Shown one piece after another: positions 45,537 through 55,766 of a stretch of 64,000 nucleotides of DNA; the stretch's first letter is position 1, and each line of letters begins with the position of its first letter. The DNA is from Chthonomonadales bacterium. GTDB lineage: Bacteria; Armatimonadota; Chthonomonadetes; Chthonomonadales; CAJBBX01. Location of the stretch: positions 129,092 through 193,091 of the forward strand of contig JBBIPC010000006.1 in assembly GCA_037443035.1 (NCBI GenBank). Reading direction: 5' to 3'. The notes beneath the pieces are model-generated. The model made no database searches. It saw only the letters and a program-made list of their open reading frames with translations, and was not told the origin of the DNA. Made by a program: the position numbers and the translations under genes.

Positions 45537-47229
45537 ACAGGACGAGGCTCCCGCCAAGACCGGTGCTGCCATGGCGGCGCCCCATACTAGGCGACTGGCG
45601 GGAGCCGCCGGCATCATGATGGCATCCATCCTGCTCAGCCGGATCCTAGGCTTTGTCCGTGAAGCCATTATCTCTGGCAAACTTGGTCAGGGGGCTGCCT
45701 CCGACGTCTATATGGCGGCGTTCCTTCTGCCGGACACGCTCTTCTTCCTGATCGCTGGCGGCGCGCTCTCATCAGCCTTCATACCAGTTTTCACGGAAAT
45801 GCTGGCGCGAGGGCTCGAAGACAGAGCGTGGAAGCTCTTCAGTACAGTGGCCTCGGTCATGTTCGTGATCGTATCCGCCTTTGTTGTAGGCGGTTTCATC
45901 TTGGCACGACCACTGGTCGGCCTGCTCGCGTACGGACTGAAACCGGAGCTGTTGGACCAGGTCGTACCTCTTACGCGCATCGTCTTACCCGCCCAGCTCT
46001 GCTTCTTCCTTGGGGGCCTCATGATGGGCGCCCAGCAGGCACGGGGCCGTTTCCTGCTGCCGGGACTGGGACCGAACATCTACAACCTCGGCATCATCGC
46101 AGGTGGCATCTTGCTTGTAGACAGGCTGGGGGCGGCTGGGCTATGCTGGGGCGCCCTGATGGGAGCAGTCCTTGGCAACTTTCTTCTGCAGGCGTATGGG
46201 ATGCGGCTGGAAGGTGCCCGATTCAGGATCTGCTTCGATTGGCGCGATGAGGCGGTGCTCCGTGTCGGAAAGCTCATGCTCCCAGTCATCCTCGGTCTGG
46301 CGTTGCCGCAGGTGAGTATCCTCCTGAACCGCATCTTCGCCACCAGCCTTGGCGAAGGTCCCATGTCTGCCCTGACGAGGGCCAACACGCTCATGCAGGC
46401 GCCTCTGGCGATCTTCGGGCAGTCACTGTCCATCGCTGTCTTTCCCACGCTGTCAGCCCAGGCGACGCTGGCCGATTGGCGGCGGTATGGCGATACCATT
46501 GGCCTGGGCATTCGGTTCATCCTCTTCTTGACGGTGCCCGCAACCGCGCTTCTCATCGTGCTGGGGAAGCCCATCATCGCTGTTCTTCTCCAGCACGGCC
46601 GTTTCACGGGAGCTAACACCGCGGAGACCGCAATCGCGCTCTCCAACTACGCGCTGGGTCTGTTCGCGTGGTCGGGTCAAGCCGTGTTGGCCCGCGGCTT
46701 CTACGCCATGCAGGACACGAAAACACCAGTGATCATCGGCACACTCGTTACGATCGTTTTCGTCCCACTGAACTTCCTCTTCATGCACGGTTTCAGGATG
46801 GGTTTCGCCGGCCTTGCGCTGGCTACGAGCGTCGCTGCGTCGATGAACTTCGTAGTCATGCTGGCGGTACTCCATAGCCGCCTCCGGCGGAATGCCGCTG
46901 GGGCGGATCTGGGACCGGTGGGATTGGACCTCGGCCGGCTCGGGATCTCGTCGGCCCGCATCGCCGTCGCATCAGTGTTGGCAGGCGCGGTAGCATGGCT
47001 AGTGCTGCAGGCGTTGACGAAGCTGGGCCACCACGGACCAGCCACGCTCGAGATGAAGCTCGAAAGCCTGCTGGCTCTGGCAGTTGGCGGCGGAGGAGCC
47101 ACAGTCGCGTACCTGGGCGTTGCGCGGCTGCTGCGGATGGAGGAGCTAGCGCAGTTGCGCGGCGTCTTGCGTCGTCGGACGCCCTCAGGAGCTTCCTCCG
47201 ATCCGATCAGCCCGACGCCTGAGGGGTAG
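45529..47229 (+). CDS. murJ: Lipid II flippase MurJ (MviN)
   Basis: SRILGFVRE, AF.LPD, GALSSAFIPVF, RGFYAMQDTKTPV, GLALATS; GTG start overlaps the end of anmK. Confidence 0.93.
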   Translation: MAEQDEAPAKTGAAMAAPHTRRLAGAAGIMMASILLSRILGFVREAIISGKLGQGAASDVYMAAFLLPDTLFFLIAGGALSSAFIPVFTEMLARGLEDRAWKLFSTVASVMFVIVSAFVVGGFILARPLVGLLAYGLKPELLDQVVPLTRIVLPAQLCFFLGGLMMGAQQARGRFLLPGLGPNIYNLGIIAGGILLVDRLGAAGLCWGALMGAVLGNFLLQAYGMRLEGARFRICFDWRDEAVLRVGKLMLPVILGLALPQVSILLNRIFATSLGEGPMSALTRANTLMQAPLAIFGQSLSIAVFPTLSAQATLADWRRYGDTIGLGIRFILFLTVPATALLIVLGKPIIAVLLQHGRFTGANTAETAIALSNYALGLFAWSGQAVLARGFYAMQDTKTPVIIGTLVTIVFVPLNFLFMHGFRMGFAGLALATSVAASMNFVVMLAVLHSRLRRNAAGADLGPVGLDLGRLGISSARIAVASVLAGAVAWLVLQALTKLGHHGPATLEMKLESLLALAVGGGGATVAYLGVARLLRMEELAQLRGVLRRRTPSGASSDPISPTPEG

Positions 47230-47231
47230 AT

Positions 47232-50200
47232 ATGGCTCTCCTCTTTGGAGTGTGGTTCATGAGCAATACCGCCATCCTGAGGGCTCCCGGGGCCCCGGTC
47301 CGTCTCTTGCAGGATGCTTCAGTGCGCTGGACGCATCGCGCCGCCGCGCCGGTGGGTCACATCATGCCATTCCCCACAGCCTCCCGAGCCACGGGCGTTC
47401 TCGTCACCATGGCGGAGGGGAAGGTGCGGCTCGTCGGTCCTAACGGGATTGCCCGAATGGAGGTATCCATGGACCACCGCGCCGATGTTGGCGCCGTGTG
47501 CGGTGTCCTGAGACCTGGTGAGGAAGCGCGCATCGTAGCGATGGACGTGACCGGATCGGTGTATTGCTTCACGTCACGTGGCCGACGAGTTTGGAGGTAT
47601 GCGCGCAGCAGCCGTAGCGGTGGCTTTCGGGCGCCTGTCATTGCCGATGTAGACGGCGACGGTTCGCGAGAGATCCTCGTGAGCGACAGCCGAGGCCATC
47701 TACTCTGCCTGGATGCGGGCGGTAGGCCGCGGTTAGATATCCGGGCGGGCAGCTATCGCGTAAGCATGGCATCTGTCATCACTCGCGGGAAAGATGGACC
47801 GCCGCGGCTGCTGGTGTTCGCGAACGATGCGGGGGATGTCTACTGCATTACCTCCGAAGGTAGTCTCGTGTGGGCCGTGCGCCCGGGTGGAAGATTCGGG
47901 AGGTCGCTTCCGATCGTCGTGCCCGGCGTCAGGTCCGACCCACCACTCGTTCTGCTTGGAACGTCCTTCGTGGATCCTCGACCTGGCCTCGTTGCGCTTG
48001 CGGCTGACACGGGGAAAGTGTGTTGGCGTGCTCCCACAGAAGCCCAGACTTACCAGTCGACAGTGGTGCTGCCTACCGATGATGGGCATACCCACATTGT
48101 GTTCGGCGACAAGAACACGCGTCTGTATTGTGTGGATCTGCGCGGCAAACGGATCTGGCAGACTTCGCTCGAAGGCAGGGGGATCTTCCATGCCCCTGCA
48201 GTGCTGCGGTGCAAGAATGGCGGGACGGTGCTCATCCAGCCCGTTCGTAGTAGCGGCGACGGGCCGGCGCTTTTCGCCGTGGACGCTGAGGGGAGAGTAC
48301 TCGACTGTCTGTCGCTGGCGGGTGGAGCCGCGGCATCGCCCGTGCTGTGCCGATTCGAAGCCGAGACCATTAGCCTCGTCAGTCTGTCCGGCACCGGGGA
48401 AATCCAGCGACGGGACCTGCAAGCACCATGCGCGGGCGGTGATATTCTCGTGCCGGGCCAGCCGATCCCCAGGATACGGCAGTGCAAAGTCGAAGTCCCC
48501 AAGAGACGGGTCGAGTTGGCCATGGAGCTCGGACGCGGGCTTCTTGGCACGAACCTTGTTCCACTAGAGCCACCTCACGCGGCCACTCACGTCGCTGTTA
48601 CGATGCGGGAACCCGGCGGAACCCGGCGGACCGACCTCCATAACCTTTCGTATCTCCGAGCCCAGGCTAGGCAAGCTGGCGGACCGTTGCAGGTGCCAGT
48701 CTGGCTTGGCGGTCCTGGGGTCTACGACGGAGAGGTCCAGTGGACCGGCTCGCATGGTACGAGCATCTCCGGGACCGCTGGTTTCGCTGTCGAGGTGCGT
48801 CGGGCACTAGAAGCGGACTCTCTGGATCAAAGACGTTTCGAGAACGATCTGACGAAAACAGCGACGGGGTACCGTCCTGCGGTGAGGTTGGCGGCAGCAC
48901 TGCGCACTAGTATCGGGTGCCGGTGGCGGCGGGTCAAGGCGACGCTGGATGCCACCGAGGCAGAGGAACTGCGGCGTATGCGGAAGGAGGCCGCGGAGCT
49001 TGTACGCGCACTAGTACAGCTGAGACCGGTCGGAGACATCATGGTGGTGCAGGACCCCAATCCGTGGTCACCGCTAGATCGGGTGCGCGCTCTACGGTTG
49101 GCAGCCGAACCAGACGCGCTATCGGTGGAGATGGTTGGTAACGAGCAAGAGGTCGTCGGGGCGTTACTGGTGAACCTTCAGGAGCATTCGTGCACAGTGC
49201 GCCTAGCAGCCGGAGACTGCCGCTGCAGTGACGGTAGTACCCGACCTGGCCGAGATGTGATCACACTGCGCGAGCCGCTCCTCGTGCGTTCCTCGACCAC
49301 TGGTCGCCTCGTCGAGGACCCATTGCCATTGTTGGGTGAGGCCAGCGCCGTCGTGCTTCAGCCGGGGGAGATACGGAGGCTGTGGCTGACAGTCAACAGT
49401 CGTACCCTGTCAGCAGGGACACATCGGATAACCCTCCTCGTGGGCGACATTGCATCAGAAACGAAGCCTGCGAAGGTAACTCTCACCATCCGCGTGTCGC
49501 GTGTCCGCCTGCCCGACCGTCTTCGGTATCGGCACTGCAACTGGCTCAGTCCAGCGGGCATCCAAGACGAGACAACACGCGAGCTGGTCATTGCAGATGC
49601 TCTGGCCCATGGAACGAGCGTGTTCGTTGTGCCGCCTCCGATAGTACAGGTGGACTCCAACGGGGAGGTCCTAGCCCTGCATGGCGGCGTACACGACACG
49701 CTTGCCACGCGTCTGGCCGGCCGAGCCTTCCTCCTGATCGGAGGACTGCCAGCCATCCGGTGGCCGGAAGGCACTGTGCCGACTGATGACGCAAGCGAGC
49801 ATGCCTTCCGCAATGTGCTGCGAGCATATGCCAAACACATGGAGAGCCTGGGCTTCCCTTCAACGGAGTATGCGCTCTATCTCATGGACGAACCAGGCCT
49901 CACGGGTCCAGATGCCTCGTTCCAGTCGTTCGTCGCGCAAGTCCGGCGGGTCAAGCAAGCCCTCCAGACGATGCCCATCTACGCCAATCCCGCGGGAGGA
50001 GCTCGAGCGGAGATCCTGATGCCACTGGTCGGTCTGGTGGACATCTGGTGTCCGGACATGCATCTCTACAAGACAGATCCGACGCGACTAGAACCCGTCT
50101 TCCGCTCTGGACGCGAGTGGTGGCATTACGAGGCGCCTGCCGATCAGCGCAACTTGGATCCCCTGGGGTTCTATCGCATGCAGCCTTGGATGGCTTTTCG

Positions 50201-50582
50201 TCACGGAATGCAGGGAGCTGGCTACTGGGTGCACAGTTACGATCCCTACTGGTTCGACGAGCCGGGAACGTCCAGCGAGTACGGCGCAGTCTACATGACA
50301 GACGGACGGCCCGTACCGACGAAGCGTTGGGAAGCGACGCGCGAAGGAATCGAGGACTACGAGCTGCTATCCATGGTGAGCGATCGTGCGCGCGCATCGG
50401 ACGCCTCGGCGGCTGCGGAAGCTCGCACGGTTCTCACGGAGGCCGTGGAGTACGTCACGACGGGCCAGTGGGAGACCAGTGACATAGGTCGGCAGACCGA
50501 GCCCGTCTGTCCCGACTACACGCGCTGGATGGGATACCGCCACAGGCTCATCGCGTTGCTCGAACGGCTGTGGGACCACTGA
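47232..50582 (+). CDS. Large protein: PQQ/FG-GAP-like beta-propeller plus a GH123/DUF4091-like C-terminal module
   Basis: ADVDGDGSREILV and repeated 'VYC...G...W' blades; 'LWLTV', 'LMDEP', 'DIWCP', 'KRWEATREGIEDYELL'. Confidence 0.6.
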   Translation: MALLFGVWFMSNTAILRAPGAPVRLLQDASVRWTHRAAAPVGHIMPFPTASRATGVLVTMAEGKVRLVGPNGIARMEVSMDHRADVGAVCGVLRPGEEARIVAMDVTGSVYCFTSRGRRVWRYARSSRSGGFRAPVIADVDGDGSREILVSDSRGHLLCLDAGGRPRLDIRAGSYRVSMASVITRGKDGPPRLLVFANDAGDVYCITSEGSLVWAVRPGGRFGRSLPIVVPGVRSDPPLVLLGTSFVDPRPGLVALAADTGKVCWRAPTEAQTYQSTVVLPTDDGHTHIVFGDKNTRLYCVDLRGKRIWQTSLEGRGIFHAPAVLRCKNGGTVLIQPVRSSGDGPALFAVDAEGRVLDCLSLAGGAAASPVLCRFEAETISLVSLSGTGEIQRRDLQAPCAGGDILVPGQPIPRIRQCKVEVPKRRVELAMELGRGLLGTNLVPLEPPHAATHVAVTMREPGGTRRTDLHNLSYLRAQARQAGGPLQVPVWLGGPGVYDGEVQWTGSHGTSISGTAGFAVEVRRALEADSLDQRRFENDLTKTATGYRPAVRLAAALRTSIGCRWRRVKATLDATEAEELRRMRKEAAELVRALVQLRPVGDIMVVQDPNPWSPLDRVRALRLAAEPDALSVEMVGNEQEVVGALLVNLQEHSCTVRLAAGDCRCSDGSTRPGRDVITLREPLLVRSSTTGRLVEDPLPLLGEASAVVLQPGEIRRLWLTVNSRTLSAGTHRITLLVGDIASETKPAKVTLTIRVSRVRLPDRLRYRHCNWLSPAGIQDETTRELVIADALAHGTSVFVVPPPIVQVDSNGEVLALHGGVHDTLATRLAGRAFLLIGGLPAIRWPEGTVPTDDASEHAFRNVLRAYAKHMESLGFPSTEYALYLMDEPGLTGPDASFQSFVAQVRRVKQALQTMPIYANPAGGARAEILMPLVGLVDIWCPDMHLYKTDPTRLEPVFRSGREWWHYEAPADQRNLDPLGFYRMQPWMAFRHGMQGAGYWVHSYDPYWFDEPGTSSEYGAVYMTDGRPVPTKRWEATREGIEDYELLSMVSDRARASDASAAAEARTVLTEAVEYVTTGQWETSDIGRQTEPVCPDYTRWMGYRHRLIALLERLWDH

Positions 50583-50588
50583 GCCGAT

Positions 50589-51455
50589 TCAGGGCCTCCT
50601 TGGTGCTCTGCGATAGGCGACCAGGGCGCTAAGAAGGAACCATAGGAACGCGACGAGGACGACCGTTGCCCCCGTTGCTGTGTTGATTCTCTCGTCTAGG
50701 GAGATGAGCAAGCCCGCGCAGGCTGAGGTAATGGCGATAGCCTGTGCCCACCAGAACATGCTACCGGCGGTACGGGCCAGGTTTCGAGCAGCGGTGGCAG
50801 GCACAATCAGCATGGCAGTTACCAGGAATACGCCGACAGTCCTCACGGCGAACATCACCACGAGCGCCAGCAGTACGGCGAACAGATACTGTAGGCGGGC
50901 TACGCGGACACCGTGAACCTCCGCAACCACTGGGCTTACACCCATGACCATAGTGTGGTTGTAGGCAATCACCTGGAACGCAGCGACGAGAAGAAAGAGG
51001 GCGAGTAGGAGCCATAGATCGCTCGGTGCGACGGTAAGGACATCACCGTAGACGTACGTCTGCACAGTCCTGGCGACATCGCGCTCACGACTGATGGCTG
51101 CCAATCCTGCGGCGACCACTGCGGCGAAGACGACGCCCGTGATCGTGTCGCTAGGCAACTCGCTTCGCCTCATGTAAGCCACGATGGCCACCGCGACGAG
51201 CACACCGAATGCAGGTGTACTCACGCGAGGATCAATGGAGAGCAGAAGCCCCAACGCCACGCCGGCGAACGCGGAGTGGCTGATAGCATCCGAAAAGAAC
51301 GCCATACGGAAGGTGACAACTTGCACCCCCATGGACGCCGCCGTCGGCGCCATCAGCAGGAGCGCCACGAGTGCATGCTGGATGGTCGGCGACCTGAGGG
51401 ATTCGACCGCACTCCATTGCGTGAGCCTGGCGAGGATGGGCTGCAGCTCAAGCAT
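50589..51455 (-). CDS. Zn/Mn ABC transporter permease (ZnuB family)
   Basis: MAFFSDAISHSAFAG, YGDVLTV, VG..LVTAMLIVP..AAR. Confidence 0.92.
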   Translation of the reverse strand: MLELQPILARLTQWSAVESLRSPTIQHALVALLLMAPTAASMGVQVVTFRMAFFSDAISHSAFAGVALGLLLSIDPRVSTPAFGVLVAVAIVAYMRRSELPSDTITGVVFAAVVAAGLAAISRERDVARTVQTYVYGDVLTVAPSDLWLLLALFLLVAAFQVIAYNHTMVMGVSPVVAEVHGVRVARLQYLFAVLLALVVMFAVRTVGVFLVTAMLIVPATAARNLARTAGSMFWWAQAIAITSACAGLLISLDERINTATGATVVLVAFLWFLLSALVAYRRAPRRP

Positions 51456-52230
51456 CGTTCTTCTTGGCGCTGCACGCGGCTTCTGGCGATTCAGGAGGAA
51501 GCGCTTCCAGCTTGGCGAGGCCAGCGTGGACGCCGAATGCTTTGCGCAGGTTGTCGCGCGTGAGCACCTCTCTGGGCGGTCCTTCCGCGATCAGTTGACG
51601 GTTGAGGCACAGGACATGACTGGCATGGTGGGTGACCGTTGCGATGTCGTGGCTCACCATGATCTGGGTGAAGCCGTGCGTGCGTCGGAGTTCCTCGATC
51701 AGCTCGCAGAAAACCTGCTCACCGTGCACGTCCATGCCGGCCGTAGGCTCGTCGAGAACTAGCAGCTCCGGCTCGTTGAGCAACGCGAAAGCTACCAGGA
51801 CTCTCTGCAGCTCGCCTCCCGAGAGTGCTCCGATACGTCGTCTCGCCAGCCCACTTGCGTGTACGCGCTCCAGTGCCTGCTGCGCTCGTTCGAAGTGCTC
51901 TTGACCTACGCCGAACCACAGAGGCCTCCGTTGCCAGGGCGACGCAAGCAGTTCCAGGACCGTCAGTGGCATGCCACGATCGAAGCTCAACCGCTGTGGC
52001 ACATATCCGATGCGGAGAGTCCTGCCTTCCTCACTACGAGCTATGTGAATATGCCCGCTGTGACGAATCTGGCCTAGCAACGCCTGCAGCAGCGTCGTCT
52101 TGCCAGCACCGTTGGGCCCGACAACCATGGTACAGCTACCCATGGGTACGGAGGCGGACACATCCTCCAGGATCGTTACCCCGTTAGCGACAACGGTTAC
52201 ATGTTCGAAGCGGACCGCATCCTCGTTCAC
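51448..52230 (-). CDS. Zn/Mn ABC transporter ATP-binding protein (ZnuC family)
   Basis: GPNGAGKT, IGYVPQ, LSGGELQR, LDEPTAGMD, SHD. Confidence 0.93.
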   Translation of the reverse strand: MNEDAVRFEHVTVVANGVTILEDVSASVPMGSCTMVVGPNGAGKTTLLQALLGQIRHSGHIHIARSEEGRTLRIGYVPQRLSFDRGMPLTVLELLASPWQRRPLWFGVGQEHFERAQQALERVHASGLARRRIGALSGGELQRVLVAFALLNEPELLVLDEPTAGMDVHGEQVFCELIEELRRTHGFTQIMVSHDIATVTHHASHVLCLNRQLIAEGPPREVLTRDNLRKAFGVHAGLAKLEALPPESPEAACSAKKNDA

Positions 52231-53174
52231 TGCTTCGCTCCGAGTGTAGCGCGGAGGATTCGCATGTTGCGTCGCATGACCTTATCGTAGTAGTCCAGCG
52301 GCGGTTCCTCTGGCCCGGAGGCGATCGGGTCGAGGACTGCCGCAGGTATGGCTAGTTCCCTGGCTATGGTCTCACCGATAGATGGGGGATACTGCGGTTC
52401 CGTGAACACTGCTCCCGCGCCACCGTCCCGTGCACGGCGAACGGTGCCGAGCAGCTCTGCGGCTGATGGATCTTCGCCAGGGTGCGTCCTTATGACGGCA
52501 ACGATGCGAAGTCCCGTATCGCGTGCGAGGTAACCGAACACATCGTGCTGGGTAACAATGGCCTTATTTCTGAGCCGCCGCACTGTCGCGGCAAACTCAT
52601 CTCCTAGCTGCCGTAATCGCGCAGACGTGGCGGAAGCATTTCGCTCGAACACTATCTTGCCTCTGGGGGCGAGTGTGCTCAGTTGTGCAGCAATGCTCTC
52701 GACCATCCGCGCCGCTTGCTTGGGACTCGCGAACAAGTGGGGGTTGTGTGCTCTGCCAGAGTGTTCGTCCTCATGTCGATCGGTTCCCTCTGATGCAAGC
52801 AGATCCTGGATGCCCTTGGTCGCGACAATAACAGGCGCGGCAGGATGGCTCTTGCGAAACGTATCTACAGCGAAATCGTCCAGCCCGAGTCCGTTGGCCA
52901 CCAGGGCGTCTGCCTGCTCGAGCTTGCGCGTGTCAGCGGGCGTAACCACGTACTCATGTGGACATCCGAGTTGTGCAGGCAGTAGCCGGTCTGCTATTAC
53001 CTCGCCATAGCCACGCACTACTTCGCGGGTCAGCAGCCAGACGGGATACGTGGTGCACAGCACGCGTTGACGGCTGGAATGATCGCTCGACGGGCGGTGC
53101 GGGCTGCACCCGGCGCTGCAGACTACGGCTGCCCACAAGACAAGTGATAAGCGTGCCATTCTCACTGGGACCAT
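52227..53174 (-). CDS. Zn/Mn ABC transporter substrate-binding lipoprotein (ZnuA/AdcA family)
   Basis: Lipobox-like 'SAGC'; PHEY, NGLGL, His/acidic loop, NPHLF, HDVFGYL; start uncertain. Confidence 0.9.
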   Translation of the reverse strand: MVPVRMARLSLVLWAAVVCSAGCSPHRPSSDHSSRQRVLCTTYPVWLLTREVVRGYGEVIADRLLPAQLGCPHEYVVTPADTRKLEQADALVANGLGLDDFAVDTFRKSHPAAPVIVATKGIQDLLASEGTDRHEDEHSGRAHNPHLFASPKQAARMVESIAAQLSTLAPRGKIVFERNASATSARLRQLGDEFAATVRRLRNKAIVTQHDVFGYLARDTGLRIVAVIRTHPGEDPSAAELLGTVRRARDGGAGAVFTEPQYPPSIGETIARELAIPAAVLDPIASGPEEPPLDYYDKVMRRNMRILRATLGAKQ

Positions 53175-53347
53175 TTCTCCAATCGTGCCGATTGCATTGT
53201 GCCACAGACGTGCGGTATCTTCGCCACCGTGCATGGACCGGTCATCGCGGCTTGGTGGTGGGTTGCCGGCGATCGATGCGGAGCGCACGTCAGAAAGCCC
53301 GGCAGGCACGGTGGCGGTGATTGGAGGGTCGCGCGAGAGAGGCAGCA

Positions 53348-54682
53348 GTGAAGCGCATCAGCATACTGAACGACGTTCTGGGCCCTATCATGCGTGGCCC
53401 TTCAAGCTCCCACACCGCTGCCTCCTACCACATCGGGCAGTACGCGCGCCAACTCCTCGGGGATACACCACGAGAGGCAGAGATTGCGTTCCAAACTGGT
53501 AGCTCCTACGCCGTGTGCTACAGACGCCAGGGCTCCGATCTCGCCTTCGCTACCGCACTGCTGGGAAGGGACATGACGGATGAGCGTTTCCAGAACGCCC
53601 TTGGAGACACTGCCGCCGAAGGACTGAGCATCCGCTTTGTCGAGGCGCGACTCGACGACGATCACCCCAACGCGGTTCGGCTACGCCTCGTTGATGCTGG
53701 TGGGCGCGAAGTCGAGTTGTGTGCCCGTTCCATTGGCGGAGGCATGTTCGAGGTGCTGAGCGTGAACGGCAACCCGTCCCGAATTCGAGGCCCCGAGACC
53801 CATCCCGTACGTGGTCGGCAGTTGTTCGACTCGGCGGCAGAGATGCTGGCATATGCAACGTCCAGGCAGATATCCGCGGGCGCTGCGGGGATCTCCTACG
53901 AGGCGGAGCTGTTGCAGTGCGAGGAAGAAGAAGTCCGCCGTGAGATACTGCATCGCTTCGACGTGATGCAGCAATCGGTCGCCGATGGTCTGAAGGCGGA
54001 TGGCGAGCCCATGCTCCTTCTGGATCGTACCGCTTCGCGGGTTGCGGAAGCCGAGGCCAGTGGCCGCGTCGCAATCGGTGGTCTCCATACGCGAGCGGCC
54101 TGCCGAGCGCTGGCGGCCATGCATACCAACTGTAGCATGGGTGTCGTCTGCGCTGCGCCCACGGCCGGTTCAGCAGGGGTACTGCCGGGAGTACTGGTGA
54201 CGCTTGCAGAGGAGATGTCCGCGTCGGGAGATACGATCGCGCGTTGCCTCACGGCAGCGGGTCTAGTCGGTGTCTTCGTTGCAGAGCGCGCAACTTTCGC
54301 GGCCGAAGTAGCGGGATGCCAGGTAGAGATCGGTGCAGCCAGCGCCATGGCGGCAGCGGCGGTGGTCGAGTTCGCTGGTGGGTGTCCGACGCAGGTCTGC
54401 GATGCCGCTGCGGTATCTCTGCAGAATACGATGGGCTCGGTGTGCGACCTCGTTCAGGGCGTCGTCGAGATACCCTGTCACACACGCAACGCTGTGGGTG
54501 CCTCTTCGGCGTTCGTGGTGGCTGATCTGATCCTTGGGGGATACCATAACCCTGTGCCACTGGACGAGACGATTGACGCAGTGCTGTCAGTAGGAAAGAT
54601 GCTGCCAGAAGAGCTGCGCGTCACGTCTCGAGGCGGAATCGCAATGACACCCTCGGCACTGGCCATGAGACCGCGGCGGTGA
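53348..54682 (+). CDS. Fe-S L-serine dehydratase, fused beta+alpha subunits
   Basis: Beta part: GPIMRGPSSSHT, HPN, SIGGG. Alpha part: CAAPTAGSAGVLPG, GCQVEIG, CDLVQGVVEIPC. Confidence 0.87.
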   Translation: MKRISILNDVLGPIMRGPSSSHTAASYHIGQYARQLLGDTPREAEIAFQTGSSYAVCYRRQGSDLAFATALLGRDMTDERFQNALGDTAAEGLSIRFVEARLDDDHPNAVRLRLVDAGGREVELCARSIGGGMFEVLSVNGNPSRIRGPETHPVRGRQLFDSAAEMLAYATSRQISAGAAGISYEAELLQCEEEEVRREILHRFDVMQQSVADGLKADGEPMLLLDRTASRVAEAEASGRVAIGGLHTRAACRALAAMHTNCSMGVVCAAPTAGSAGVLPGVLVTLAEEMSASGDTIARCLTAAGLVGVFVAERATFAAEVAGCQVEIGAASAMAAAAVVEFAGGCPTQVCDAAAVSLQNTMGSVCDLVQGVVEIPCHTRNAVGASSAFVVADLILGGYHNPVPLDETIDAVLSVGKMLPEELRVTSRGGIAMTPSALAMRPRR

Positions 54683-54701
54683 TGCAGGCAGATCGAGACC
54701 C

Positions 54702-55697
54702 ATGAGCCAAGCTGCCATGGTGCTTTTCCTGTCTGGCGACGACGTCGCCAAAGCCTTGCCAATGTCCAGAGCCATTGCAGTTCTGCGGAGTGCCATGGCG
54801 GAGCTGTCGGCAGGCGAATGTGCGATCCCGCCGCGCACGCACATGGACATTCCGGATCGTTCCGGTGTGGCCCTGGTCATGTCGGCGTGCTCTCCGTCTC
54901 GAGAACGGATGGCGGTGAAGGTCATAACCCTCTTCGATGGCAACCCGGAGAAACAGCTTCCCAGGATCCAAGCACTGGTGCTATTGCTGGACGCTGGAAC
55001 CGGTACACCGCTGGCGGTGATGGACGGGGCGGTACTCACCGCCATACGCACAGGTGCGGCATCTGGCGTGGCCACTGACGCACTTGCCCGCCGCGAGGCC
55101 GGGTGCGTTGCCATCTTCGGTGCCGGCCGGCAGGCACGGACTCAGCTCGAGGCAGTCTCGTGTGTCCGTCAGCTCGACGCAGCGAGAGTCTACGACCCCG
55201 ACAGGGACGCGGCAGACCGTTTCGCTCGTGAGATGGGCCAGCGCCTCAGCATTGTGGTCGATGTTGCGCCTACAGCAAGCGCCGCGCTTCAGGGCGCGGA
55301 CATTGTGTGTACGGCCACCGTGTCGCAGCATCCCGTTTTCGCAGATAGCGACATCCGGCCGGGCATGCACATCAACGCCATCGGTTCCTACAAGCCTCAT
55401 GTTCAGGAGATTCCATCCTCGACTGTGGCGCGCTCCCTTCTCGTTGTGGACCACCTGCCGAGCGCCCTACAGGAAGCAGGCGATATTCTCGTGCCCTTAC
55501 GACGAGGTCTCATCTCCGCAGAGCACGTCCATGCGGAGATCGGAGAGATTCTGTTGGGGCGGAAACCAGGGCGAACCTTCGAAGAGGAGATTACACTGTA
55601 CAAGTCGGTCGGAGTCGCGGCACAAGATCTGGCAGCGGCTTCAGCGGCTCTAGAAGCTGCTCTGGAACTGGGCTTGGGCACAGAGGTGGTACTCTAG
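54702..55697 (+). CDS. Ornithine cyclodeaminase/mu-crystallin family protein
   Basis: LTAIRTGAASGVAT, FGAGRQA, HINAIGS, YKSVGVAAQD. Confidence 0.92.
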   Translation: MSQAAMVLFLSGDDVAKALPMSRAIAVLRSAMAELSAGECAIPPRTHMDIPDRSGVALVMSACSPSRERMAVKVITLFDGNPEKQLPRIQALVLLLDAGTGTPLAVMDGAVLTAIRTGAASGVATDALARREAGCVAIFGAGRQARTQLEAVSCVRQLDAARVYDPDRDAADRFAREMGQRLSIVVDVAPTASAALQGADIVCTATVSQHPVFADSDIRPGMHINAIGSYKPHVQEIPSSTVARSLLVVDHLPSALQEAGDILVPLRRGLISAEHVHAEIGEILLGRKPGRTFEEEITLYKSVGVAAQDLAAASAALEAALELGLGTEVVL

Positions 55698-55710
55698 CCA
55701 CAGTTACAGG

Positions 55711-55741
55711 TGTGGGCGTCGCAAGGGGAGCGACGCCCACA
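55711..55741. terminator. Hairpin between convergent genes
   Basis: TGTGGGCGTCGC-7 nt-GCGACGCCCACA, perfect 12-bp stem. Confidence 0.65.
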
Positions 55742-55766
55742 GACCCGCTGGTTGGTGTGTTGCTGT

